Notes: a model not told the origin generated them from the sequence alone. A DNA stretch of 64,000 nt from an uncultured Candidatus Saccharibacteria bacterium (GCA_964345445.1 CAYFQT010000024.1:4634-68633); one strand, 5' to 3'. Shown: positions 7,236-17,070, counted from the first letter of the stretch. A program made the numbers and translations.

Positions 7236-7784
7236 ATGCAGTTACATAAACTTAAATCAAGAAAATTAAAGAGTGTAAAAAGAGTAGGTAGAGGAATTTC
7301 AGCTGGGAGAGGGAAAACCTGTGGCCGAGGCACTAAAGGACAAAAATCCCGATCTGGTGCAAAAGCAAAACCAGGTTTTGAAGGTGGACAATCCTCCCTT
7401 ATTAAACGCTTGCCCAAAAAAAGAGGATTTTATAATATATTTTCTACACACTGGCAGATTGTTAATGTAGGTAAATTAAATGAGTTAAAAAATGGAACAA
7501 AAGTTAATATTAAATTATTATATAATAAAGGAATTATTAGAGATTTAAAAGATAAATTAAAAATTTTAGGTGATGGGGTATTGGATAAAAAGTTAGAAAT
7601 TTATGCCCATTCATTTTCCAAACAAGCTAGGAAGAAAATAGAACAAGCTGGAGGAAAGGCAGTTATAGTAAAGGTGTCACAAGTGTCAGGTGTATCACAG
7701 GTGTCAAAAGAGAAAAAAGCTGCAAACCTGAAAAAAACCACCCCGCAGAAACAGAACAAGCAAGAACGTAAAAAACCTAAGTAG
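7236..7784 (+). CDS. rplO: 50S ribosomal protein L15 with extended Lys-rich C-terminus
   Basis: LKSVKRVGRGISAGRGKTCGRGTKGQKSRSG is the L15 signature. It directly follows rpsE with no rpmD (L30) between. The C-terminal VKVSQVSGVSQVSKEKK is encoded by gtgtca repeat words. Confidence 0.9.
   Translation: MQLHKLKSRKLKSVKRVGRGISAGRGKTCGRGTKGQKSRSGAKAKPGFEGGQSSLIKRLPKKRGFYNIFSTHWQIVNVGKLNELKNGTKVNIKLLYNKGIIRDLKDKLKILGDGVLDKKLEIYAHSFSKQARKKIEQAGGKAVIVKVSQVSGVSQVSKEKKAANLKKTTPQKQNKQERKKPK
7676..7715 (+). repeat. Family-2 words inside the rplO coding sequence (encodes VKVSQVSGVSQVSK)
   Basis: aaggtgtcacaagtgtcaggtgtatcacaggtgtcaaaag. Confidence 0.6.
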
Positions 7785-7901
7785 CGGCTTCGCCGCTAGC
7801 ACTATCACTTACAATTACAGACTATTACTCACAAATGAAATATATAATAGTGAGTTAAACGTAGGTGATAGTGAGTAATAGTGATTTGCCAGAGGCAAAT
7901 A
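7785..7901 (+). repeat. Family-3 element with post-stop hairpin tagcggcttcgccgcta
   Basis: gcactatcacttacaattacagactattactcacaaatgaaatatataatagtgagttaaacgtaggtgatagtgagtaatagtgatttgccagaggcaaataATG. Confidence 0.8.
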
Positions 7902-9191
7902 ATGCTGGAGAAAATTAAACAAGTTTTTACCTACAAAGATTTAAGAAAGAAAATTTTATACACCATAGCTTTGTTAGTTATTTTTCGCATTGCTGCTTCT
8001 ATCCCTATTCCCTGGGTAAATTTAGAAGCATTAAGGGAATTCTTTACAAAAAGTAGAGTTTTAGGAATTTTAAATATTCTCTCTGGTGGAGCTATGAGTC
8101 GATTTTCTATTGTAATGATGGGTGTAGCTCCTTATATTAATGCTGTAATTATTATGGAACTTTTGACAATGATTATTCCGCGTCTTGAAGCTTTATCCAG
8201 AGAAGGAGAACAAGGACATAACAAAATTAATCGATATACTAGATATTTGACTGTTCCTTTAGCTGCTTTAGAATCTTTTGGGATGATTAAACTTTTACAG
8301 ACTCAAGGACAACAGGCAGGTCAGCAGATTTTACCACAGATTACTTTTTTTCAATGGATAGCTATGGTTATAACTATAACTTGTGGGACTATATTTGTAA
8401 TGTGGTTAGGGGAATTAATTTCTGAAAGCGGTATAGGCAATGGAATATCTTTAATTATTTTTGTGGGAATTATAGCTGGTGGACCGCAAGCTTTACAACA
8501 TGTTTTTGCTTCTTTAATGAATAAAGAACAAATTTTACAATTATTTATTTTTCTTTTTATAGCTTTGGTGGTAATTTTTGGAGTAGTTTTAGTAGACCGA
8601 GGACAACGGAAAATTCCTGTATCTTATGCTAAGCAGATTAGAGGAATGAAAATGTATGGCGGAGTAGCTTCTCATATTCCTTTAAAAGTAAATCAAGGCG
8701 GAGTGATCCCTATAATTTTTGCCATTTCTTTAATGCTCTTCCCAGGAATGGTTGCCAATTTTTTCACAACAGCCAAGACTGTTTGGATCGCTTCTGTTGC
8801 TTCATTTGTAGCTAATCTTTTTAAAAATCCTATTTTTTATGGAAGTTTATATTTTCTTTTAGTAGTTGGATTTACTTATTTTTATACAGCAATTGTTTTT
8901 AATCCTGAACGAATAGCAGAAAATCTTCAAAAACAAGGAGGATTTATACCTGGAATTCGTCCTGGTCCTTCTACTATAGAATATCTGCATAAGTTATTAA
9001 ATCGAATTAATTTAGCAGGGGGGGTATTTTTAGGAGCTATTGCTGTATTGCCCCTTTGTTTCCAAAGTTTAATTCCTGGTTTAGATTTAGCTATTGGAGG
9101 AACAGGACTTTTAATTGTAGTTAGTGTAATATTAGAAACCTCAGAACAAATAAAAGCTCAGGTTTTAATGCGGAGCTATGAGAGCTACTAA
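7902..9191 (+). CDS. secY: Preprotein translocase subunit SecY
   Basis: 10-TM profile with SecY motifs GIGNGISLIIF and GGVIPIIFA. ATG 7902 is preferred over the track's GTG 7881, which lies in the repeat spacer. Confidence 0.9.
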   Translation: MLEKIKQVFTYKDLRKKILYTIALLVIFRIAASIPIPWVNLEALREFFTKSRVLGILNILSGGAMSRFSIVMMGVAPYINAVIIMELLTMIIPRLEALSREGEQGHNKINRYTRYLTVPLAALESFGMIKLLQTQGQQAGQQILPQITFFQWIAMVITITCGTIFVMWLGELISESGIGNGISLIIFVGIIAGGPQALQHVFASLMNKEQILQLFIFLFIALVVIFGVVLVDRGQRKIPVSYAKQIRGMKMYGGVASHIPLKVNQGGVIPIIFAISLMLFPGMVANFFTTAKTVWIASVASFVANLFKNPIFYGSLYFLLVVGFTYFYTAIVFNPERIAENLQKQGGFIPGIRPGPSTIEYLHKLLNRINLAGGVFLGAIAVLPLCFQSLIPGLDLAIGGTGLLIVVSVILETSEQIKAQVLMRSYESY

Positions 9192-9374
9192 ATATAAAAT
9201 TCTAAATTCAAAATTATAAACACTAAACAATATCGAATGTTTTAAATCCAAATGTTCAAAAATAAATCTGATTTACAGAATAGTTTAAGACATTAAAAAA
9301 TTTAAATTTTGAATTTGTTTAGATATTAGAAATTAGATATTAGGATTTATTTCTTAAATTAATAAGAGATTTCT
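9192..9374 (+). repeat. Family-5 element (ttctaaat / aatcctaaat words mirrored by atttagaa / attaggatt)
   Basis: aaattctaaattcaaaatt...ttaaatccaaatgttc ... gaatttgtttagatattagaaattagatattaggatttatttc. Confidence 0.7.
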
Positions 9375-10037
9375 ATGAAGTCTTTAAACATTATTCTTTT
9401 TGGTCCTCCTGGAACAGGTAAAGGAACTCAGGCACAAAAGCTAGCACATAGACTTGGTTTGGAATATATTGCTACTGGGGACTTTGTTCGTGATTTTGCC
9501 AAAAAAAATGATAAACTAGGAAAAGAGGTAAAAAAATATTTGGATTCTGGAGAACTTGTTCCTAATGAAATAATTAATGATTATATAAGGAAGAAATTAA
9601 ATAAATTACCCAAATCTTCCGGAGTAATTTTTGATGGTTTTCCTAGGAATAGAAAACAAGCCGAAGATTTTAAGAAAATATTACAGGATACAAAAAGAAA
9701 TAATTTAAAGGTTATTTATATAAAAAGTAGTGAAAAAGCCTTAGTGGAAAGATTAAGTAATAGAAAGATTTGTAAAGAATGTAAGAAAATTTTTCCTAAT
9801 CCTCCGGCAGATATGAAGAAATGCCCTCAGTGTAGGGGCAAGTTATTTATTCGAAATGATGATAGACCTATGGTTGTTAGACAGAGACTTCATATATATA
9901 ATATTCGGACAAAACCATTAGTTGATTATTATAAAGAAGAAGGCAAATTAGTAGAGATTAATGGAGATCAGCCAATTGAAGAAGTTTTTGAGGAAATTTT
10001 AAGTAAAATTGGAAAAGATAATTGTTCAAAATGTTGA
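9375..10037 (+). CDS. adk: Adenylate kinase (zinc-lid type)
   Basis: IILFGPPGTGKGTQA is the P-loop. The LID carries CKECKK...CPQCRG, four Cys. Confidence 0.9.
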   Translation: MKSLNIILFGPPGTGKGTQAQKLAHRLGLEYIATGDFVRDFAKKNDKLGKEVKKYLDSGELVPNEIINDYIRKKLNKLPKSSGVIFDGFPRNRKQAEDFKKILQDTKRNNLKVIYIKSSEKALVERLSNRKICKECKKIFPNPPADMKKCPQCRGKLFIRNDDRPMVVRQRLHIYNIRTKPLVDYYKEEGKLVEINGDQPIEEVFEEILSKIGKDNCSKC

Positions 10038-10184
10038 AATTGTTCAAGATGTTCAAATTGAACAAGGACAAGTGAGCGGAGCGAACGATTGGACAAATGA
10101 ACGAAGTGAGTGATTGAACAAACGAAGTCCCGCTCAGCGGGACGAGCGATAGAACAACTCGAACATTTTTGGAGAAGACCCAAA
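10020..10184 (+). repeat. Family-4 element (ttgttcaagatgttcaaattgaacaa ... ttgaacaaacgaag ... agaacaactcgaacattttt) with central gtcccgctcagcgggac hairpin
   Basis: Same words as 1135-1243. Overlaps the adk 3' end. cccgctcagcggg is a perfect palindrome. Confidence 0.7.
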
Positions 10185-10952
10185 ATGATTATTATAAAAA
10201 AACCTGAAGAAATCGAAAAAATGCGCCAAGGGGGGAAAATTTTAACAGATATCTTAAGGTATATAAAAAAAGAGATTAAACCAGGAATAACTACAAAAAA
10301 ATTAGATAGTTTGGCAGAAAATTTGATATATAAAAATAATGCCACTCCTTCTTTTAAAAATTTTTCATCTAACTCTTATCAGGAAATAAAATACCCAGCT
10401 GCTTTATGTACTTCAGTCAATGATGAGGTAGTACATGGGATTCCTTCGAGTCGGAAATTAAAAGAAGGGGATATAATAGGTTTAGATTTAGGAATTTGTT
10501 TTAAAAGTTTTTATACAGATGCAGCTATTACTGCCCCAGTGGGAAAGGTTGGAAAAGAAGTTAAAAGATTAATTGATGTTACAAAAAAAGCTTTAAAGCA
10601 AAGCGTTAAAGAGGTAAAACCAAAAAATAGAATTGGAGATGTTTCTTCGGTTATTCAAAAAACAATAGAAGCTGCTGGTTTTTCACCAGTTAGAGATTGT
10701 GTAGGACACGGAGTGGGAAAATTTGTTCATGAGGAGCCTTCGATTCCTAATTATGGTGAGCCCGGGGTAGGCAAGTTATTAAAGACAGGAATGACTTTAG
10801 CTATTGAACCCATAGCTGATTTAAGAGAATATAAAGTAAAAGTTTGCCAGGACGGTTGGACAATCAGAACTTGTGATGGAAGCCCCTCAAGCCATTTTGA
10901 ATGGACAGTCGCTGTCACTGATGATGGATATGAGGTTTTGACACCGATTTAA
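10185..10952 (+). CDS. map: Methionine aminopeptidase type I
   Basis: M24 fold motifs GDIIGLDLG, VGHGVGKFVHEEP and LAIEP. ATG 10185 is in frame with the track start 10110, which lies within the repeat spacer. Confidence 0.9.
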   Translation: MIIIKKPEEIEKMRQGGKILTDILRYIKKEIKPGITTKKLDSLAENLIYKNNATPSFKNFSSNSYQEIKYPAALCTSVNDEVVHGIPSSRKLKEGDIIGLDLGICFKSFYTDAAITAPVGKVGKEVKRLIDVTKKALKQSVKEVKPKNRIGDVSSVIQKTIEAAGFSPVRDCVGHGVGKFVHEEPSIPNYGEPGVGKLLKTGMTLAIEPIADLREYKVKVCQDGWTIRTCDGSPSSHFEWTVAVTDDGYEVLTPI

Positions 10953-11140
10953 AGATAAAGTGTCACAAGTATCAAAGGTGTCAAAAGTAGCCACTTTTAG
11001 AAAATAATTAGAAAAGTCCTAAATCCGAAACAAATTATAATGTCCCAAATTCTAAATTATAAACTGTTTGAAACATTGGAACATTAGAATTTAGATATTG
11101 TTTAGAAATTATATATTAGAAATTAGGATTTTAAAAGCCT
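10953..11140 (+). repeat. Short family-2 block (gtgtcacaagtatcaaaggtgtcaaaag) followed by a family-5 element
   Basis: ...aagtcctaaatccgaaacaaattataatgtcccaaattctaaatt ... ttagaatttagatattgtttagaaattatatattagaaattaggatttt. Confidence 0.7.
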
Positions 11141-11259
11141 TGTAATCTACTGACTAATAGTAATAAAAATTAATTAAAATTGCCCCGTAATCCACTTACG
11201 TTACTACGGGGCCTCAGCCTTTGCAAGGAATAATTATAGCAAAGACTTCGGGAGGTTTT

Positions 11260-12078
11260 ATGGTCAAAGAAATTTTGCCTAAAAAGTATCGTTGGTTTAT
11301 TTGGTGTATTGTTATTATTGTTGCAGTTGGATTATCCTTAGCTGCATATGCTTACATTACTGGAATTAACATTGAAACAGAAACATCAGAAATTGTGGTT
11401 TCTTTTCGTGTTTTAAGAAAAGGTAAGATCAAAGTTGTTAGTAACCCAGATCAAGCTAAGATTTATCTAGATGGCAAAGATACAGGCAAAGAAACCAATG
11501 CCACAGTTTCTACTAAACCAGGAACCCATATTTTGAAACTGACCAAAGATGGTTATAAAGATTATATTGTAGAGATACAGGTTAAAAGAGGAGAAATAGC
11601 TCAGATATCTGTTGGGCTGGAAGAAGGAGAAGGAGTAACTTATCCCCAAGAAGTATCTGAAACTAGTGACTGGGAGACTTATACGAATGAAGAGTATGGA
11701 TATGAGATAAATTATCCGCAAGATTGGAAAATAGAAGATATTACAGCTCAAAAAGTTAATAGTGAAGGACCTTGGTATGTGACTTCTGAATATTTATTAA
11801 ATGTATTAAAAATTAGTAATAATGAAGGTTGGTTAGATATCTGGACATTAAGTAACAAAGAAGGAACTATTGATAATAAGTTTAGATTAGGAAGTGGGTT
11901 AGCTGATAAAGAGGAAATAAGTTTTACAGGAGAAGAAGCTTGGAAATATTCTAAAGATAATTATTATGAAATAGTTATTTTAAAAGGTACTTATATTTAT
12001 AGTATAACCTCAAATACTTATGATAAGAGTAAATCAGATATTGATCAGATGCTTTCTACTTTCCAATTCACGAAATAG
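11260..12078 (+). CDS. Hypothetical membrane-anchored protein with PEGA-like domain, inserted between map and infA
   Basis: N-terminal TM helix WFIWCIVIIVAVGLSLAAY. PEGA-like segment KVVSNPDQAKIYLDGKDTGKETNATVSTKPGTHILKLTKDGYKDY. ATG 11260 follows RBS gggagg. Confidence 0.6.
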   Translation: MVKEILPKKYRWFIWCIVIIVAVGLSLAAYAYITGINIETETSEIVVSFRVLRKGKIKVVSNPDQAKIYLDGKDTGKETNATVSTKPGTHILKLTKDGYKDYIVEIQVKRGEIAQISVGLEEGEGVTYPQEVSETSDWETYTNEEYGYEINYPQDWKIEDITAQKVNSEGPWYVTSEYLLNVLKISNNEGWLDIWTLSNKEGTIDNKFRLGSGLADKEEISFTGEEAWKYSKDNYYEIVILKGTYIYSITSNTYDKSKSDIDQMLSTFQFTK

Positions 12079-12250
12079 ATTTTCGTTAAGAGGTTAGGGT
12101 TATGAAATGTGTATCGTAGTTCGGTTACGGTTATGTGGAAATTAAATGACGTAACCGACTAACGTAACCGATACGGGCATCCTAACCTTAAACGTAACCG
12201 ATTTACAATCTCTAGTAAACTTTAGCAATATCTATCAACTATTTAGTAAC
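12079..12250 (+). repeat. Family-6 element (ggttagggttatg / ggttacggttatg mirrored by cgtaaccg x3 / cctaacc)
   Basis: gaggttagggttatgaaatgtgtatcgtagttcggttacggttatgtgg...gacgtaaccgactaacgtaaccgatacgggcatcctaaccttaaacgtaaccgat. Confidence 0.7.
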
Positions 12251-12378
12251 TAATATTAACCATTAATGTAGCTGCTCAATTTATTGAGCTAACAAAGCTG
12301 CTAATGCCGCTAAATCAGTAAGCTACTTGTTTCATATATAAAAGATTGCTATAATAAAGGAGTATCTAAACAAAATTT

Positions 12379-12657
12379 ATGGCAAAAAAAGAGAAGAAAA
12401 ATCCAAAATCGGCAACAGATAAGGATGAAATACAAGCCAAAAAGAAAAAAGAAGTGATCGAAGCCGAAGGAACCGTCCTAGAAACTTTGCCCAATGCTAC
12501 ATTCCGTGTAGAGTTAGAAAACGGGAATGTTATATTGGCTCATATTTCCGGTAGAATGCGAATGAATTATATCCGCATTATCCCTGGAGATAAAGTTACT
12601 GTGGAAATGACTCCTTATGATTTAACCAAAGGACGAATCACTTATAGACATAAGTAG
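12379..12657 (+). CDS. infA: Translation initiation factor IF-1 with Lys-rich N-terminal extension
   Basis: [60 protein letters not shown] is the IF-1 S1-fold signature. Confidence 0.9.
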   Translation: MAKKEKKNPKSATDKDEIQAKKKKEVIEAEGTVLETLPNATFRVELENGNVILAHISGRMRMNYIRIIPGDKVTVEMTPYDLTKGRITYRHK

Positions 12658-12829
12658 CGACTTCGTCGCTACCACAGATAGCCACGGACAAATCACTGAT
12701 AACCACAGATCGCGGATCATAAATAACTGATAACGAATAATAGGTGATGAATAATAGATCAGTGATCAGTTGGCTATCCGTAACAAATCAGTGAAAATCC
12801 GCGTTTATCCGACTAAGGAGGATAATGGA
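12658..12829 (+). repeat. Family-1 element with covarying post-stop hairpin tagcgacttcgtcgcta
   Basis: ccacagatagccacggacaaatcactgataaccacagatcgcggatcat...gatcagtgatcagttggctatccgtaacaaatcagtgaaaatccgcgtttatccgactaaggaggataatgg. Confidence 0.8.
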
Positions 12830-12943
12830 ATGAAAGTTAGAGCTTCAGTTAAAAAAATATGTTCCAAATGTAAAATAGTCCGCCGCAAGGGGAAAGTGCG
12901 GGTTATTTGTGAAAATCCCAAGCATAAACAACGTCAGGGGTAA
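12830..12943 (+). CDS. rpmJ: 50S ribosomal protein L36 (not in the supplied ORF track)
   Basis: Manual translation gives [37 protein letters not shown], 37 aa with the canonical L36 Cys/His zinc motif. RBS aaggagg lies 6 nt upstream. It sits between infA and rpsM as expected. Confidence 0.85.
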   Translation: MKVRASVKKICSKCKIVRRKGKVRVICENPKHKQRQG

Positions 12944-13050
12944 GATGTCAGAAGTATCACAGGTGTCATTGGTGTCAAAGGATATATATGATAACCTCTG
13001 ATACTTTTGATACATTTGATACCTCTGACACCTGCGACGAAGGAGCAAAT
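12944..13050 (+). repeat. Family-2 element
   Basis: gatgtcagaagtatcacaggtgtcattggtgtcaaaggatatatatgataacctctgatacttttgatacatttgatacctctgacacctgcgac. Near-identical right arm to 4930-4970. Confidence 0.8.
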
Positions 13051-13437
13051 ATGGCACGTATTGCTGGTGTAAATATTCCCACTGATAAAAGAATAGAAAT
13101 TTCTTTAACCTATATTTATGGTATAGGCAGGAGTTTAAGTGGCAAAATTTTATCTCAAGCTAACATTGATCCAAATGTAAAGACTTCTGCTTTAACCGAG
13201 GAAGAAATAAATCGCCTTAGAGAAATAATAGAGAAAAATTATAAGGTAGAAGGAGATTTAAAAAGAGAAATAACTAAAAATATTAAGAGATTAAAAGATA
13301 TTAGTAGTTACAAAGGGGATAGACATAGGAGAAATCTTCCTACCAGAGGGCAAAGAACTAAAACTAATGCTAGAACAAAAAGAGGGAAGAAAGTTACTGT
13401 AGGAACCGGTCGTAGAAAACCACCCGAGAAAACTTAG
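13051..13437 (+). CDS. rpsM: 30S ribosomal protein S13
   Basis: [28 protein letters not shown] is the S13 signature. ATG 13051 follows RBS aaggagc. The track's upstream extension is read from repeat words. Confidence 0.9.
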   Translation: MARIAGVNIPTDKRIEISLTYIYGIGRSLSGKILSQANIDPNVKTSALTEEEINRLREIIEKNYKVEGDLKREITKNIKRLKDISSYKGDRHRRNLPTRGQRTKTNARTKRGKKVTVGTGRRKPPEKT

Positions 13438-13575
13438 GCGCCTACGGCGTCTCACGAGAGCCACGGATAAGTCACTGATGGCCGCGGCTCACGGATAACT
13501 AATGTCTAATCAGATCAGTGATCAGTGGCTATCCGTAATAAATTAGTGGCAATCTGTGTTTAAATGGGGAATAAA
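13438..13575 (+). repeat. Family-1 element with post-stop hairpin aggcgcctacggcgtct
   Basis: gagccacggataagtcactgatggccgcggctcacggataactaatgtctaatcagatcagtgatcagtggctatccgtaataaattagtggcaatctgtgtttaaatgggg. Confidence 0.8.
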
Positions 13576-13983
13576 ATGAAAGAGTCTAAAAAGAGAACAA
13601 TAAGTAGAAAGAAAAAAAAGCGCGAGATAAAGAGGGAAATTAAAAAAGGTCAGGCTTATATTCAGTCAACGTTTAATAATACTATTATTACTATCACTGA
13701 TTTAGAGGGAAATGCTATTTGTTGGGGAAGTGCTGGTACATTAGGATTTAAAGGGACTAGAAAAAGTACCCCTTATGCTGCTCAAATTACAGCCCAATCT
13801 ATAGCTGACAAAGTCAAAGGAAAAGGAATAGAAGAATTGGAAGTGTATGTAAAAGGAATAGGGGCAGGTAGAGAATCAGCAATTCGTGCTTTGGATGCTG
13901 CAGGAATTAATGTAATTTCTATTAAAGATAAAACTCCTATTCCTCATAATGGTTGCCGACCCAAAAAACCTAGACGGGTCTAG
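13576..13983 (+). CDS. rpsK: 30S ribosomal protein S11 with Lys-rich N-terminal extension
   Basis: [42 protein letters not shown] is the S11 signature. ATG 13576 follows tgggga; ATG 13564 is an in-frame alternative. Confidence 0.85.
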   Translation: MKESKKRTISRKKKKREIKREIKKGQAYIQSTFNNTIITITDLEGNAICWGSAGTLGFKGTRKSTPYAAQITAQSIADKVKGKGIEELEVYVKGIGAGRESAIRALDAAGINVISIKDKTPIPHNGCRPKKPRRV

Positions 13984-14244
13984 ACACAAAATATCACAAA
14001 AAGATACACAAAAATTCACTAATACGAAAGGTTACAAATATAATATTCGTAATAATTAGCGAGTGAAGACTACAGTTACGAATAACTACCTACCTGCGGC
14101 GGACAAATTACTATACGAATTAGATACAAATATATAATATTAGTGATTAATTAGTGAGCGGAAGTAAACAATCATAGCTATTTTAATATTTAATTTAAGT
14201 TCAAACAATACAAATAAGAATGCAAAATTAGTGAGGTTTAGTGT
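13984..14244 (+). repeat. Word-array spacer, private dialect (attcactaatacgaa / attcgtaataattagcgagtgaa / cgaattagatacaaat / ttagtgattaattagtgagcg)
   Basis: Inverted word symmetry around 14100. Occupies the whole 260-bp rpsK-rpsD spacer. Confidence 0.6.
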
Positions 14245-14862
14245 ATGAAAGACAATGTTTGTAAAAAATGTAGAAGAGAAGGTGTAAAACTCTTTTTGAA
14301 AGGCGAAAGGTGTCTTACTCCAAAGTGTTCTATAGTTCGCCGAAGTTATGCTCCAGGAGAGCATGGAATGCGGCCTATAAGACTTTCAGATTTTGGCGTC
14401 CAATTACGAGAAAAACAGAAAGTGCGTAAAATTTATGGAATTTCAGAAAGACAATTTAGAAATTATTTTAAAAAAGCTGACAGAAAAGAAGGGATTACTG
14501 GTGATATTTTATTTCAATTGCTAGAGATGAGATTAGATAATGTTGTATATAGATTAGGATTAGCAAGCTCTAGAAGGCAAGCAAGAATTTTAATTGACCA
14601 TGGACATTTTTTAATAAATGGTAAAAAAGTAGACATCCCTTCTTATCAAGTAAGAGAAGGAGATAAAATAGAAATAAAAAAGAGAAGTAAAGAAAGTTTT
14701 TTATTTAAACAATTGACTAAAAAACTTTCTAAATATAATCCTCCTTCTTGGCTTAAATTAGACTCTAAGAAATTAAAAGGAGAAGTTTTAAAAATCCCTG
14801 AACGTAAAGAAATAGATGCAAATATTGATGAATCACAAATTGTGGAGTTTTATTCAAGATAG
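14245..14862 (+). CDS. rpsD: 30S ribosomal protein S4 (zinc-ribbon N-terminus)
   Basis: CKKCRREGVKLFLKGERCLTPKC is the ribbon. SRRQARILIDHGHFLINGKKVDIPSYQV is the S4 domain. Confidence 0.9.
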   Translation: MKDNVCKKCRREGVKLFLKGERCLTPKCSIVRRSYAPGEHGMRPIRLSDFGVQLREKQKVRKIYGISERQFRNYFKKADRKEGITGDILFQLLEMRLDNVVYRLGLASSRRQARILIDHGHFLINGKKVDIPSYQVREGDKIEIKKRSKESFLFKQLTKKLSKYNPPSWLKLDSKKLKGEVLKIPERKEIDANIDESQIVEFYSR

Positions 14863-15054
14863 ACATGAATAGTAAATAGTTGAAGGTTAGAGCATCCGGT
14901 TTAGTTTTTGGTTTAAAGGCTATGGGTATAAAAAACTAATAGACTACTTACTACAGACTAAACCGGCTACCGAACCTAACAAACATAAACTATAGACTAA
15001 TAATTTATATTAAAATAACTGCGTATAAATTTGTAACTTATAAGGAGGACTTCA
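14863..15054 (+). repeat. Word-array spacer, private dialect (ccggtttagtttttggtttaaagg // ctaaaccggctaccgaacctaacaaac)
   Basis: Inverted arms around ctatgggtataaaaaactaatagactac. Confidence 0.55.
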
Positions 15055-16029
15055 ATGCCAGAAGATCAATTTTTACAAATTTTTCCCAAGATTAAAACTA
15101 TTTCACAAACAAAAGACAAAGGGGTTTTTATCATTGAACCATTTTATCCTGGTTATGGAATGACTATTGGTAATTCTCTCAGGAGAGTGCTTCTATCATC
15201 TTTAGAAGGATCAGCTATCACAGCAGTGAAAATTAAAGGGGTATCTCATGAATTTTCTGCTCTCCCTCATATAAAAGAAGATATAGTAGAGATTATTTTG
15301 AATTTAAAAACAATACGTATTAAATCTCATTCTAAAAAACCCATAACTCTTGAATTAAAAGCTAAAGGTAAAAAAAAGCTTAAAGCTGGTGATATTCAAA
15401 AATCTCAGGATATAGAAATTATCAATCCTGATTTACACATTGCTACTTTAGATAGTCCAAAAGCAGAGTTGATTATAGAAATGCGATTAGAAAAAGGAAG
15501 AGGCTATCTTCCAATAGAGGAAAGAGGAGATGAAAAATTATCTTCTGGAATGATTGCTATTGATGCTATTTTCACACCAATTAAGCGAGTTTCTTATAAT
15601 GTAGAGCATACTCGAGTAGGAAGAATGACCAACTTAGAAAAGTTAAATTTAGAAATTATGACGGATGGGACGGTTAGTCCTAAAGATGCTCTGCAACAAG
15701 CTTCTAAAATTTTGGTAGAACATTTTTCTCTTTTTACTCCAGAGGGTGTAGAGAAGAAAAAAGTTACAAAAACTCCTTCTCGTAAAACAATCCAAAGAGC
15801 TAAAGCTAAGAAATTTTCAGTTGAAGAAGTAGATTTTTCTCCCCGTGCTGCCAATGCTCTTTTAAATAATAAGATAAAAACAATGGGAGAAATTACTAAA
15901 TTAACCGAAGAAGAACTCGGACAACTTAAAGGTTTTGGTAATGTAGCTTTGGGTGAAATAAAAACTAAATTATCTGAATTAGGATTAAAATTAAAGGAGC
16001 CAAAGAAGTCAGAAACTCCTCACAAATAA
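15055..16029 (+). CDS. rpoA: DNA-directed RNA polymerase subunit alpha
   Basis: IEPFYPGYGMTIGNSLRRVLLSSLEGSAITAVKIKGVSHEFS is the RpoA N-terminal domain. A C-terminal domain is present. RBS aaggagg is present. Confidence 0.9.
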   Translation: MPEDQFLQIFPKIKTISQTKDKGVFIIEPFYPGYGMTIGNSLRRVLLSSLEGSAITAVKIKGVSHEFSALPHIKEDIVEIILNLKTIRIKSHSKKPITLELKAKGKKKLKAGDIQKSQDIEIINPDLHIATLDSPKAELIIEMRLEKGRGYLPIEERGDEKLSSGMIAIDAIFTPIKRVSYNVEHTRVGRMTNLEKLNLEIMTDGTVSPKDALQQASKILVEHFSLFTPEGVEKKKVTKTPSRKTIQRAKAKKFSVEEVDFSPRAANALLNNKIKTMGEITKLTEEELGQLKGFGNVALGEIKTKLSELGLKLKEPKKSETPHK

Positions 16030-16121
16030 CTCACTGTTACAGACTATCACTCACAAATATTAGTAACAGTGAGTAATATGTTAGTTAAAGTGAATAACAG
16101 TGGTTTTTATCGGAGATAAAA
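16030..16121 (+). repeat. Family-3 element
   Basis: ctcactgttacagactatcactcacaaatattagtaacagtgagtaatatgttagttaaagtgaataacagtggtttttatcggagataaaaATG. Confidence 0.75.
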
Positions 16122-16472
16122 ATGAGGCATCGGAAAAAGGGTAAAAAATTAAATTTATCTAAAGATAGACGAGAGGCTTTATTAAAAAATTTAGCTACTT
16201 CAGTTATTCTTTATGAAAAAGTAAAGACCACTGAAGCTAAAGCTAAAGCAGTACGTCCTATTGTTGAGAAGCTAATTACTATAGGTAAAAAAGGTAATTT
16301 ATCTGCACAAAGACAGCTTTTATCTTATTTACCTGACAGGAATGCTGTGCGGAAAATTATGGAAGAATTTGCTAAAAAATACAAAGATAAGCCTGGAGGT
16401 TATATAAGGATTTATAAAATCGGATATAGAGCTGGAGACAAAGCCAAAATGGTTTATATAGAACTTATTTAG
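16122..16472 (+). CDS. rplQ: 50S ribosomal protein L17
   Basis: MRHRKKGKKLNLSKDRREALLKNLATSVILYEKVKTTEAKAKAVRPIVEKLIT is the L17 signature. Confidence 0.9.
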   Translation: MRHRKKGKKLNLSKDRREALLKNLATSVILYEKVKTTEAKAKAVRPIVEKLITIGKKGNLSAQRQLLSYLPDRNAVRKIMEEFAKKYKDKPGGYIRIYKIGYRAGDKAKMVYIELI

Positions 16473-16641
16473 GTCCTTTGGACCCTCCACAGATAGCCAC
16501 GACCTGCCTGCTCCACCAAAAGCGGACAGGCGGCAGGCAAGTAAATCACTGATGGCCACGGATCGCAGATCACAACTTATGGATTATAGATTAATAATCA
16601 GTGACAATCCATGGTTATTTGACTGAAAGGAGAATAACAAG
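16473..16641 (+). repeat. Family-1 element with post-stop hairpin aggtcctttggaccct and embedded GC palindrome
   Basis: ccacagatagccacgacctgcctgctccaccaaaagcggacaggcggcaggcaagtaaatcactgatggccacggatcgcagatcacaact...aatcagtgacaatccatggttatttgactgaaaggag. Confidence 0.8.
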
Positions 16642-17070
16642 GTGAAGACTTACATTCCCAAAATTAAAAATATTCAAAGAAAATGGTATTTAATTGATGC
16701 CAGAGGCAAGAATTTAGGAAGGTTATCTTCTGAGATAGTAATGTTGCTTTGTGGTAAGAAGAAAGCTATTTTTACTCCGCATTTAGATTGTGGGGATTAC
16801 GTTGTTGTAATTAATGCTAAATATATAAAAGTTACAGGTTCAAAACAAAATAAAAAAGTTTATTTTCAACATAGTGGATATCCAGGAGGTGTTAAATCTG
16901 AAAGTTTTAAGCAACTTCTTCAAAAAAATCCTTCTGAGATTATTTATAAAGCAGTATGGGGTATGTTATCTCATAATAGGCTAGGAAGAGATATTATTAA
17001 AAAGTTAAAAATTTATCCAGAGTCTGAATATCCCCAAAAGAGTCAAAAATTGGAAAAATATGAAATTTAG
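16642..17070 (+). CDS. rplM: 50S ribosomal protein L13
   Basis: KWYLIDARGKNLGRLSSEIVMLLCGKKKAIFTPHLDCGDYVVVINAKYIKVTG is the L13 signature. GTG start follows RBS aaggag. Confidence 0.9.
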   Translation: MKTYIPKIKNIQRKWYLIDARGKNLGRLSSEIVMLLCGKKKAIFTPHLDCGDYVVVINAKYIKVTGSKQNKKVYFQHSGYPGGVKSESFKQLLQKNPSEIIYKAVWGMLSHNRLGRDIIKKLKIYPESEYPQKSQKLEKYEI

